Assembly: GCA_022818785.1 (NCBI GenBank) | Contig: CP063811.1 | Coordinates: 1 to 11,973 of the forward strand | Reading direction: 5' to 3' | From: Bacteroides sp. | GTDB taxonomy: Bacteria > Bacteroidota > Bacteroidia > G022818785 | Length of the DNA: 11,973 nt | Part shown: positions 1 to 8,241 of the stretch, piece by piece | Numbering within the stretch: position 1 is the first letter of the stretch | Layout of the letters: the number at the start of each line of letters is the position of its first letter | Program-made: the position numbers and the translations under genes | Notes under the pieces: generated by a model | The model's database searches: none | What the model saw: the letters and a program-made list of their open reading frames with translations, nothing else | Told to the model about the DNA's origin: nothing

Positions 1-1
1 T

Positions 2-568
2 TTAAAATTTAATAATTCAAAAGAAGTATATAGTATAGTTATGAAATATTTTGTTATAATAACATGTTCTATTTATATAGCAATAATAGCAAATTTGTCT
101 TTATTAAGATATTTAATAGATATAAGATATTGGGATGGGTTGTCAATAGTACCTATATTACTACTTAGCTATATATTTTTAGGATTATATTCTAACATTT
201 CAATATGGTATAAATTATCTGATAGTACCAAATACGGATTTTATATTTCTATAATAGGAACATTTATAACATTGATACTTAATTTTTTTTTAATTCCTAT
301 TTATAGTTATTATGGAGCCGCATGTTCTTCGTTGATAACATATTTTATAATGACATTAGTGTCATATTTTATGGGTAAAACTATATATAATATTCCATAT
401 GATTTAAAATCAAATATTTATTATTTAACAATTGCTTTATTGATAACATTTATAATTGGGTATATATTTAATTTCAATATATTTATAGGAAATGTATTTC
501 TACTTCTATATACATTCTATGTATATAGAAAAGAAAAACAATTTATAAAAAAAATAATATTTGATTGA
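2..568 (+). CDS. Oligosaccharide flippase / polysaccharide biosynthesis protein (Wzx/MOP superfamily), 5'-truncated by the window edge
   Basis: The frame is open from base 2 (LKFNNSKEVYSIV-MKYF...), so the ATG at 41 is probably internal. It has multiple hydrophobic segments and motifs typical of the Bacteroidota flippase C-terminus (GLSIVPILLL, SIWYKLSDSTKYG, LIPIYSYYGAA, YNIPYD). Confidence 0.85.
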   Translation, partial: LKFNNSKEVYSIVMKYFVIITCSIYIAIIANLSLLRYLIDIRYWDGLSIVPILLLSYIFLGLYSNISIWYKLSDSTKYGFYISIIGTFITLILNFFLIPIYSYYGAACSSLITYFIMTLVSYFMGKTIYNIPYDLKSNIYYLTIALLITFIIGYIFNFNIFIGNVFLLLYTFYVYRKEKQFIKKIIFD

Positions 569-574
569 TATATA

Positions 575-1033
575 ATGAAATATTTATTGATTATTTTGAT
601 ATGTTATTTTAGTTTAACTACTAATTATATTGTTAATTGTTCAGAAAACAATATATCTTGGCCTGTAAATGATGGATTTGTTATTAATGCTTTTGGTCAA
701 AATAAACACTATTTATTAAATAATGTATTATTTGATAATCCAGGCATTGATATTGCAACATATAAAGAATTAGAAGTTATGTCAATATTTGATGGATATG
801 TATATGATATTATATATATCAAGAACAATGATATAATTATTATTATAAAACATGGTGCATATACTTCCATATATGCTAATATTGAAAAATTATATTTAAA
901 AAAAGGAGAATTTGTAAAAAATAAACAAAAAATTGGCATAATTAAAAAATATTCACATAAAATTAGAGTTATAAAATTAATCATAATGAAAGAATATGAA
1001 ATAATTAATCCAATGCAATGGTTTGTATTTTGA
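575..1033 (+). CDS. Short EnvC-like murein hydrolase activator (signal peptide plus degenerate M23/LytM domain)
   Basis: Hydrophobic N-terminus, then SWPVNDG..FG...[28 protein letters not shown]...QKIG and INPMQW, all M23 domain hallmarks. The Zn-ligand His residues of HxxxD and HxH are absent, as in EnvC. Confidence 0.75.
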   Translation: MKYLLIILICYFSLTTNYIVNCSENNISWPVNDGFVINAFGQNKHYLLNNVLFDNPGIDIATYKELEVMSIFDGYVYDIIYIKNNDIIIIIKHGAYTSIYANIEKLYLKKGEFVKNKQKIGIIKKYSHKIRVIKLIIMKEYEIINPMQWFVF

Positions 1034-1082
1034 TATAAATAAATTTTTTATTATCATTACTTTCTTATATAACAAGAATATT

Positions 1083-1232
1083 ATGATAGGAACTCAAGAA
1101 ATATTATTAATATCAATGGCAGTTTTATTATTATTTGGAGGTAAAAAAATACCTGAATTAATGAGGGGCTTAGGTGAAGGTGTAAGAGAGTTTAAAAAAG
1201 CATCCAATAAAATTGACAAAAATGATAAATAA
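1083..1232 (+). CDS. tatA: Twin-arginine translocase subunit TatA/TatE (49 aa)
   Basis: [10 protein letters not shown]...[26 protein letters not shown] is the canonical TatA transmembrane segment, FG hinge and amphipathic helix. The start is moved from 1023 to the ATG at 1083, which removes the overlap with the upstream gene. Confidence 0.95.
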   Translation: MIGTQEILLISMAVLLLFGGKKIPELMRGLGEGVREFKKASNKIDKNDK

Positions 1233-1252
1233 TAAAAAAATAAAATTATCCA

Positions 1253-3361
1253 CTACCGTTTTATATGATAGGCAATTATTAAAGATACAATAGCTGTAAT
1301 TTTGATAAGTATATTCATTGATGGTCCTGAAGTATCTTTAAAAGGATCTCCTACAGTATCACCAGTAATAGAAGATTTATGAGCATATGATCCTTTAAAA
1401 TATTGCTTATCATTTATTGATATTCCTTTTTCAAAAGATTTTTTTGCATTATCCCAAGCCCCACCAGAATTAGATTGAAAAAATCCTAATAATATACCAG
1501 ACATTGTAATTCCTGCAATTAAACTACCTAAAGATTCTGCACCCATTGTAAATCCTACAATGATAGGTGTAATGAGAGCCATACATCCAGGCAACATCAT
1601 GTTTTTTAAAGATGAATAAGCAGCTATTTCAATACATTTATTATAATCTGGTTTTATATTTGCATCTAGTTTAATAGATGAAAGTTGTTTTCTAACTTCT
1701 TCAACCATTTTCATAGCCGAATTTCCAACTGCTGATATACACATAGATGAAAATAAAAATGGAATCATACAACCAATAAGTAAAAAAATAAATACATCAG
1801 TTTTATATATATCAATACTATTTATACCCGACATATCAACAAAAGCAGCAAACAAGGCTAAGGAAGTAAGACCTGCTGAAGCTAAAGCAAATCCTTTACC
1901 ACTAGCAGCGGTAGTATTTCCTACTGAATCTAATATATCTGTTCTATATCTTACTTTAGAATCCAAGTTATTCATTTGCGCAATTCCTCCTGCATTATCT
2001 GCAATAGGACCAAAAGCATCAATAGTTAGTTGTATAGCAGTAGTAGCCATCATACCCGAAGATGCTATTCCAACACCATATAATCCTGCAAAATAATAAG
2101 AAATATATATACCTCCTGATAAAACAAATACAGATAAAGCGGTAGATTCCATCCCCATAGCAATACCTCCAATTATATTTGTAGCATGACCTGTTATGGA
2201 TTGTTTAACAATAAACTTAACAGGTCTATGGTTAATTGCAGTATAATACTCAGTAATATATGTAATTAATATACCAACCATTAATCCAACTATTATAGAA
2301 TAGTATATATCTAAATTAGTAAATTGATAGTTTCGCATTAGTAAATTACTAGGTATTAAATATATAATGACAAAAAATATCATTAAACTAGTTAATATTA
2401 CTGCAATCCAATTTGTTTTATTTAATGTTTTTTGAATATCATATGTAGATTTTTTATTAAAATTAACTGTATAAATACTAATTATTGTTGCTAATAAACC
2501 TACACTAGCTATTATCATAGGTAAAATAATTGGAGTAATATCTTCCACTCTATCAGAGATTACTTCTCTTCCTAAAACCATCGCAGCTACTATTGTAGAC
2601 ACATATGATCCAAATAAATCTGCACCCATACCAGCTATATCACCTACATTATCACCTACATTATCTGCAATAGTAGCTGGATTTCTTACATCATCTTCAG
2701 GAATATTAAATTCTAGTTTACCGACTAAATCAGCTCCTATATCAGCAGCTTTTGTATATATCCCCCCCCCAACTCTCGAAAACAATGCTATTGTTTCAGC
2801 ACCTAATGAAAAACCAGACAAAATTTCTAATATTTTTTCTATTTCTATTTCTTTTCCTGATATAATACTATTATTAATAGATATATTATATAATATCATA
2901 AAAGTTATACTTAGCCCAATTATTGCAATACTGGAAACTCCTATGCCCATTATTGATCCCCCCAAAAAAGATATTTTAAATGCTTCTTCTACATTTTTTT
3001 TTGCAGCTTGGGCTGTTTTAACATTAGCTATTGTCGCTATCATCATACCCATGTATCCTGATAGTCCTGAAGCGATAGCTCCTATAATAAAAGTTATACC
3101 AATAATATAGCTCGAATTATCTATTAAAGTTCCTGACCATCCTAAAATTATAGAAAATAAAAAAACGAAATAAATTAATATTTTCCATTCAGAATACAAA
3201 AAAGTTATTGCTCCTGATCGTATATATTGAGCAATTTTTTGCATATTTTTACTACCACTATCTTGACGATGTATCCATCTATATTTGATAATGATATATA
3301 TAAGACCAGCAATACCAGCCAAAAAAGTTATATATTGTACACTATTGCAAAATAATTTCAT
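1253..3361 (-). CDS. hppA: Membrane-bound ion-translocating pyrophosphatase, K+-dependent, probably H+-pumping
   Basis: 702 aa polytopic protein with the signature motifs GGGIYTKAADIGADLVGK, EDDVRNPATIADNVGDNVGD, DAFGPIADNAGG, GGAWDNAKK and GDTVGDPFKDTSGP. Confidence 0.97.
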   Translation of the reverse strand: MKLFCNSVQYITFLAGIAGLIYIIIKYRWIHRQDSGSKNMQKIAQYIRSGAITFLYSEWKILIYFVFLFSIILGWSGTLIDNSSYIIGITFIIGAIASGLSGYMGMMIATIANVKTAQAAKKNVEEAFKISFLGGSIMGIGVSSIAIIGLSITFMILYNISINNSIISGKEIEIEKILEILSGFSLGAETIALFSRVGGGIYTKAADIGADLVGKLEFNIPEDDVRNPATIADNVGDNVGDIAGMGADLFGSYVSTIVAAMVLGREVISDRVEDITPIILPMIIASVGLLATIISIYTVNFNKKSTYDIQKTLNKTNWIAVILTSLMIFFVIIYLIPSNLLMRNYQFTNLDIYYSIIVGLMVGILITYITEYYTAINHRPVKFIVKQSITGHATNIIGGIAMGMESTALSVFVLSGGIYISYYFAGLYGVGIASSGMMATTAIQLTIDAFGPIADNAGGIAQMNNLDSKVRYRTDILDSVGNTTAASGKGFALASAGLTSLALFAAFVDMSGINSIDIYKTDVFIFLLIGCMIPFLFSSMCISAVGNSAMKMVEEVRKQLSSIKLDANIKPDYNKCIEIAAYSSLKNMMLPGCMALITPIIVGFTMGAESLGSLIAGITMSGILLGFFQSNSGGAWDNAKKSFEKGISINDKQYFKGSYAHKSSITGDTVGDPFKDTSGPSMNILIKITAIVSLIIAYHIKR

Positions 3362-3423
3362 TACATAATGGAATTAAATACTGAAAAATTAATAACAGAT
3401 CTATCACATAAATTTATAAGTAA

Positions 3424-3453
3424 CAAATATATACATATTATTGATTTTTCAAA
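3424..3453 (-). promoter_or_regulatory. Candidate Bacteroidota primary-sigma promoter for hppA
   Basis: Minus strand has TTTG (3453-3450), an 18 nt spacer, then TATATTTG (3431-3424). This matches the -33 TTTG / -7 TAnnTTTG consensus about 60 nt upstream of the hppA start. The spacer is slightly short and AT richness inflates chance matches. Confidence 0.5.
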
Positions 3454-3467
3454 AATATATATTAATC

Positions 3468-3797
3468 CTATTTATTAGGTGTCATTTTTTTTAAAAAATA
3501 TTTACAATAATCCCTTAAATCATCCGATATATCTTTTTCATTTGTTGCATTTTCAAAAGTATCAGCCATAGTGATTAGTATTTGATAAAAAAAATTTTTC
3601 ATTTCTTGAATTGTCATATCATTTGTCCATATATTTATGTTAAATGCATTTTTTTGTTTTTCATCCCATAAATATAAAAACATAGCTTTGCTTTTTTCAA
3701 GTTGTTCTTTATTATAATCAGTAGCACTCCATAATATTTTATTTGGTATTTTAAGTTCATCTAATATTATTTGTATATCAATTTTTGCTTTTTTCAT
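3468..3797 (-). CDS. gldC: Gliding motility-associated protein GldC
   Basis: 109 aa with LDE..IP.KI.WSATD, KAM.L.LWD, I.IWT.DM...EMK.FFYQ.L..MADTFE.AT and LRDYC.YF, which match the GldC family in pattern and length. Confidence 0.92.
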   Translation of the reverse strand: MKKAKIDIQIILDELKIPNKILWSATDYNKEQLEKSKAMFLYLWDEKQKNAFNINIWTNDMTIQEMKNFFYQILITMADTFENATNEKDISDDLRDYCKYFLKKMTPNK

Positions 3798-3824
3798 ACA
3801 TTATGCATATTAAATATTATATAT

Positions 3825-3832
3825 TATCTTTG
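3825..3832 (+). promoter_or_regulatory. Candidate Bacteroidota -7 promoter element for the mlaEFD-argS transcript
   Basis: TATCTTTG matches TAnnTTTG, lies in the divergent gldC/mlaE spacer and points towards mlaE. No well-spaced -33 element is seen. Confidence 0.4.
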
Positions 3833-3962
3833 TTATGACAAATATGTTATTTTTTTTTATATAAATTAATGATTCATCCATAATTAATAATTGTTTATGA
3901 TACTCATTTAGTTTTAAAGCTTATTAATTAATGTTATACATAAAATATTAATCAATATTAAT

Positions 3963-4757
3963 ATGACAAATAATAATAATATAAGTTATTTGTTTAGCAA
4001 AAAAATAGATAATTTTTTCATACTTATATTAGATATATATAGATTTATAATAAGATTTTTTAAAGAAATATGGACATCAAAACAAGATATTAAGGAATTA
4101 ACTCAACAATGTTATGAATCTGGTTATAAATCTTTATTTTTGATATCTACAATAGGATTTATCACAGGAATAGTTTTTTGTAATCAAACAAGACCTTACT
4201 TATCGAATTTTGGAGCTCTTTCCTGGATGCCTTCTATAATATCTATATCAATAGTTAGAGCATTAGCTCCTATAATAACAGCTTTAATAGCAGCTGGAAA
4301 AATAAGTTCTCATATAGCATCTGAACTAGGATCTATGAGAATTACAGAACAAATTGATGCAATGGAAGTTTCAGCTATTAAGCCATTTAATTTCTTAGTG
4401 GTAACAAGAACATTAGCTAGTACATTAATGATACCTATATTAACTGTATATGCTATTGTTATATCTTTATTTGGAGCTTTTATAAATATTCATTATAATG
4501 AAAATATAAGCTTAAATTTATTCATTATAGAAATTTTTGATTCTATATCATTTTTTGATATTGGTTTCACTATGTTTAAATCTATTTTATTTGGATTTAC
4601 TATTGGTATAGTAGGATCTTATAATGGATTTTATGCTAAAAATGGAACACAAGGTGTAGGAAGATCTTCTAATATATCATTTGTGGTTTCTATGTTATTA
4701 ATTTTTTTTGAAGAATTATTTGTTTTACAAATAACTAAACTAATTAATAATTTTTAA
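3963..4757 (+). CDS. mlaE: MlaE family lipid ABC transporter permease
   Basis: VRALAPIITALIAAGKISSHIASELGSMRITEQIDAMEVSAIKP and GTQGVGRS are MlaE motifs. It is the first gene of a permease/ATPase/MCE trio. Confidence 0.93.
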   Translation: MTNNNNISYLFSKKIDNFFILILDIYRFIIRFFKEIWTSKQDIKELTQQCYESGYKSLFLISTIGFITGIVFCNQTRPYLSNFGALSWMPSIISISIVRALAPIITALIAAGKISSHIASELGSMRITEQIDAMEVSAIKPFNFLVVTRTLASTLMIPILTVYAIVISLFGAFINIHYNENISLNLFIIEIFDSISFFDIGFTMFKSILFGFTIGIVGSYNGFYAKNGTQGVGRSSNISFVVSMLLIFFEELFVLQITKLINNF

Positions 4758-4780
4758 TAATTTTTATAAACCTATAAAAA

Positions 4781-5545
4781 GTGTTAATAAAACAATTATC
4801 ATTAAATAAACCTGTAATACAAGTTAGAAATATAGTAAAATCATTTAATAATGAGTATATTTTGAAAAATATTACTATGTCATTATATAAAGGTGAAAAT
4901 TTAGTTATATTAGGAAATTCTGGCGTCGGAAAATCTGTATTGATAAAAATTATTACTGGATTAATAAAACCAGAAAAAGGCATTGTAGAAGTTTTTGGAA
5001 AAAATATTCACGCATTACCAATTCATGAGCTAAATAAAATTAGATTAAAAATGGGTGTTGCTTTTCAAAATAGCGCTTTATATGATAGTATGTCAGTTAA
5101 AGAAAATTTGCAATTTCCGTTATTAAAACATAATTATGGTAATAAACAAAATATTCACGAAAAAACAATACAGATTTTAAAATCTGTAGATTTATTAAAT
5201 GTTATAGATAAAATGCCTATGGAATTATCAGGTGGACAAAGAAAAAGGATTAGTATTGCTAGAGCTCTTATGTTAGATCCAGAAATTATGCTTTATGATG
5301 AACCAACAGCAGGTCTTGATCCTAAAAATTCTGATAATACTAATAAATTGATTAATTCTTTAAAGAATAAATATAAAAAATCTTCTATTATAATAACTCA
5401 TGATTTAACATGCGCCAAAACAGTGGGAGATAGAATAACAATTATAATTGATGGTAGCTTTTTTACTACAGGTACATTTAATCAAGTTTTTAAAAATAAA
5501 AATGATAATATACAATCATTTTATAGTTATAATTTTATTAATTAA
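4781..5545 (+). CDS. mlaF: MlaF family ABC transporter ATP-binding protein
   Basis: Walker A GNSGVGKS, Q-loop FQNSALYDSM, signature LSGGQ, Walker B MLYDEPTAGLDP and H-loop ITHD. The GTG start at 4781 is uncertain. Confidence 0.93.
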   Translation: MLIKQLSLNKPVIQVRNIVKSFNNEYILKNITMSLYKGENLVILGNSGVGKSVLIKIITGLIKPEKGIVEVFGKNIHALPIHELNKIRLKMGVAFQNSALYDSMSVKENLQFPLLKHNYGNKQNIHEKTIQILKSVDLLNVIDKMPMELSGGQRKRISIARALMLDPEIMLYDEPTAGLDPKNSDNTNKLINSLKNKYKKSSIIITHDLTCAKTVGDRITIIIDGSFFTTGTFNQVFKNKNDNIQSFYSYNFIN

Positions 5546-6477
5546 TGTCTTTTATAATAAGAAATAAAAAACCAGTAATATTAGGTTTTTTTGTATTTAT
5601 AGGTATTTTATTATTAATAATAGGTGTTATTATATTAGGAAATAAAAATAATACCTTTTCAAAAACTTATAATATAAATACTACATTTAAAAATGTACAA
5701 GGATTGCAAAAAGGAGATAAAGTTTTATTTTTAGGAGTTAAAATAGGTATTGTAAAAGATATTACATTTATTCCTGATGCTAGAGTATTTGTCAATATGC
5801 AAATTGATAGAAAAATTATTAATTATATAAAAAAGAATTTTAAAATACGTATAAGTTCAGATGGATTTATAGGAAACAAAATATTAATAATAGAAGATAA
5901 TGAAATTGATAATGATATATACTTACCTATTGAAAATAATGATAAATTAACATCTGTTAATAATATTGATACAGATTTTATTTTGCAAACATTTCAAAAT
6001 AATAATAGTAATATTTTGAATATTACTGACAATTTAAAAAAAATTACAAATAATATTTTAGATGAAAATAATTTAATTAACATATTATTAAATAATAAAA
6101 TATTTTTAGAAAGTATTAATAATATGATATTTAAGTTAAATAATAAAGGAGATATAATTATAAATGAAATATCTAATTCTTTAATCAATTTAAATATATT
6201 ATTAAAGTCTATCAATAATGGAATTGATAATAAAGAAAATATTATGAGTAATATAATATATAACATATATAAAATATCAAATCATTTATCTGTGTTTTCT
6301 GAAAATACAGAATTGTTTACTAAAAAAATTGATGATATTACAAGCGATATTATAAATGATAATAATATAAAAAATATAATTATCAACTTGGAAAAAAGTT
6401 TAATAATAGTAAATGATAATTTAGAATCTATACAAAATAAGTTTTTATTTAAACATTTTATGAAAATAAAGAAATAA
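5545..6477 (+). CDS. mlaD: MlaD/MCE family protein
   Basis: N-terminal transmembrane anchor, MCE domain (FKNVQGLQKGDKV.FLGVKIG.V, ISSDGFIGNK), then a long Asn/Ile-rich helical tail. The start overlaps the mlaF stop (TAATG). Confidence 0.9.
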   Translation: MSFIIRNKKPVILGFFVFIGILLLIIGVIILGNKNNTFSKTYNINTTFKNVQGLQKGDKVLFLGVKIGIVKDITFIPDARVFVNMQIDRKIINYIKKNFKIRISSDGFIGNKILIIEDNEIDNDIYLPIENNDKLTSVNNIDTDFILQTFQNNNSNILNITDNLKKITNNILDENNLINILLNNKIFLESINNMIFKLNNKGDIIINEISNSLINLNILLKSINNGIDNKENIMSNIIYNIYKISNHLSVFSENTELFTKKIDDITSDIINDNNIKNIIINLEKSLIIVNDNLESIQNKFLFKHFMKIKK

Positions 6478-6480
6478 ATT

Positions 6481-8229
6481 ATGAATATAATAAATTTACT
6501 ATTGCAATATAGCATTGAAGCTATTAAAAAATTGTATGATATAGATATTGATAAAAAACATATTTTAATTGAAAAATCTAATAAAATAATAGAAGGAGAT
6601 TATTCTATTACACTTTTTAAGGTTAAACAAATTTGCAAGTTCAAAAATTTTGATTTTATAGATTTTATTGGTAGTTACATAAAACAAAAATATGATATAA
6701 TAGATAAATTTTATTCTATAAAAGGATTTTTAAATATTCATTTAAAAAATACTTTTTTAAAAAAGTATTTTTTATTATCGCTATATAATGATAAATATGG
6801 CTATAAAAATAAAAAAGAAGGAACTATAATGATAGAATATTTATCTCCTAATACTAATAAACCATTACATTTAGGGCATTTACGCAATGCATTTATTGGC
6901 GATGCTATGGCCAATATTATATCAGCTAATGGATATAAAGTTTTAAAAGTCAATTTAATCAACGATAGAGGTATTCATATTTGTAAATCAATGCTAGCTT
7001 GGATAAAATTTGGTAACAAATTAACTCCTAAAGATGTTAATATGAAAGAAGATCATTTTGTGGGAAAATATTATGTTCTTTATGAAGAAAATTATAAAAA
7101 ACAACTTAATAGTGCTATTGATAAAAATTCAATTTCTATTGAAAATGAATTAAAAGAAATGCTAATAAAGTGGGAAAAAAAAGACAAATATGTTCATTAT
7201 GTTTGGAATTTGATGAATTCATGGGTTTATAAAGGATTTAAAGAAACTTATTCTAAAATAGGAATAAATTTTGACATAGAATACTTTGAATCGAAATTAT
7301 ATGAACAAGGCAAAGATATTATTCTAAATGCTTTAGAAAAAAAAATTGTTTTTTCCAAAAATGATCAATCTATATGGATTGATTTAACAAAATATCATTT
7401 AAATGAAAAATTATTATTACGATCTGATGGAACATCTTTATATATAACACAAGATATTGGATTAGCATATATTAAATCTAAGTATAATTTACTTAATTCA
7501 ATATATGTTGTAGGCAATGAACAGGATCATTATTTTAAAATATTAAAAAATATTTTAAAAGAATTTAAAATAAAAAATAATATATATCATCTTTCATATG
7601 GAATGGTATATTTACCAGATGGTAAAATGAAATCTAGAGAAGGTAATGTTATAGATGCTGATTATATAATTGATTTAATTATTAAAAAAGTTCATGAATA
7701 TGTTTTTATAAATAAAAAGTCTGATATAAATGATGACACATGTTTTAAAATTGGAATAGGATCTATTAAATATTATTTACTTCACATAGATCCAAAAAAA
7801 AACATAATCTTCAAAATAAATTCTTCTATTGATTTATACGGAAATACATCTGTATTTATTCAATATACATATGCAAGAATTATGTCAATTTTATCTAATG
7901 TATCCAAATTAGGATTTAGTGCTTATAACATTAATTCTTTTAATTTAAATCAAATTTCCATCAATTCAATAGAAAAAAATATTATTATTCAAATTTTAGA
8001 ATTTCAATTTATAATTGAACAATCATTTACAAAATATAGTCCTGCTATACTATGTAATTATTTATGTGATATTTCCAGAAAATACAATCATTTTTATAGC
8101 ATGTATACTATATTAGATACAAAAAATAAAAATATCAGCAATTTTAGAATTTCATTATCATTTGCAGTTTCAAAAAATATATTAAATGGAATGAGCATAT
8201 TGGGTATTGAAATGCCTAATAAAATGTAA
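6481..8229 (+). CDS. argS: Arginine--tRNA ligase
   Basis: EYLSPNTNKPLHLGHLRN (HIGH motif), NDRGIHICKSMLAW, LLRSDGTSLYITQD, GKMKSREG, GNTSVFIQYTYARI and a C-terminal LGIEMPNKM. Confidence 0.98.
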   Translation: MNIINLLLQYSIEAIKKLYDIDIDKKHILIEKSNKIIEGDYSITLFKVKQICKFKNFDFIDFIGSYIKQKYDIIDKFYSIKGFLNIHLKNTFLKKYFLLSLYNDKYGYKNKKEGTIMIEYLSPNTNKPLHLGHLRNAFIGDAMANIISANGYKVLKVNLINDRGIHICKSMLAWIKFGNKLTPKDVNMKEDHFVGKYYVLYEENYKKQLNSAIDKNSISIENELKEMLIKWEKKDKYVHYVWNLMNSWVYKGFKETYSKIGINFDIEYFESKLYEQGKDIILNALEKKIVFSKNDQSIWIDLTKYHLNEKLLLRSDGTSLYITQDIGLAYIKSKYNLLNSIYVVGNEQDHYFKILKNILKEFKIKNNIYHLSYGMVYLPDGKMKSREGNVIDADYIIDLIIKKVHEYVFINKKSDINDDTCFKIGIGSIKYYLLHIDPKKNIIFKINSSIDLYGNTSVFIQYTYARIMSILSNVSKLGFSAYNINSFNLNQISINSIEKNIIIQILEFQFIIEQSFTKYSPAILCNYLCDISRKYNHFYSMYTILDTKNKNISNFRISLSFAVSKNILNGMSILGIEMPNKM

Positions 8230-8241
8230 AAATATATCAAT

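Noticed and set aside
709-984. 91-aa minus-strand ORF
   Set aside because: Antisense shadow fully inside the M23 gene, with no recognisable motif.
1023-1082. 20-aa N-terminal extension of TatA given in the ORF track
   Set aside because: It overlaps the upstream gene, and TatA similarity begins at the ATG at 1083.
1246-1254. DnaA-box-like TTATCCACT between convergent tatA and hppA
   Set aside because: A single 8/9 match overlapping the hppA stop codon in a 20-nt spacer, with no cluster of boxes.
4744-4983. 79-aa minus-strand ORF
   Set aside because: Antisense to mlaE/mlaF, so a shadow of the real genes.
5994-6515. Two hydrophobic minus-strand ORFs (90 and 77 aa) that resemble membrane proteins
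   Set aside because: Their I/L/F richness is simply the reverse complement of the N/K-rich mlaD codons.
7337-7345. Other A9/T9 runs (e.g. 283-291, 2994-3002, 7337-7345, 7794-7802)
   Set aside because: All lie in intact reading frames and are expected at this base composition.
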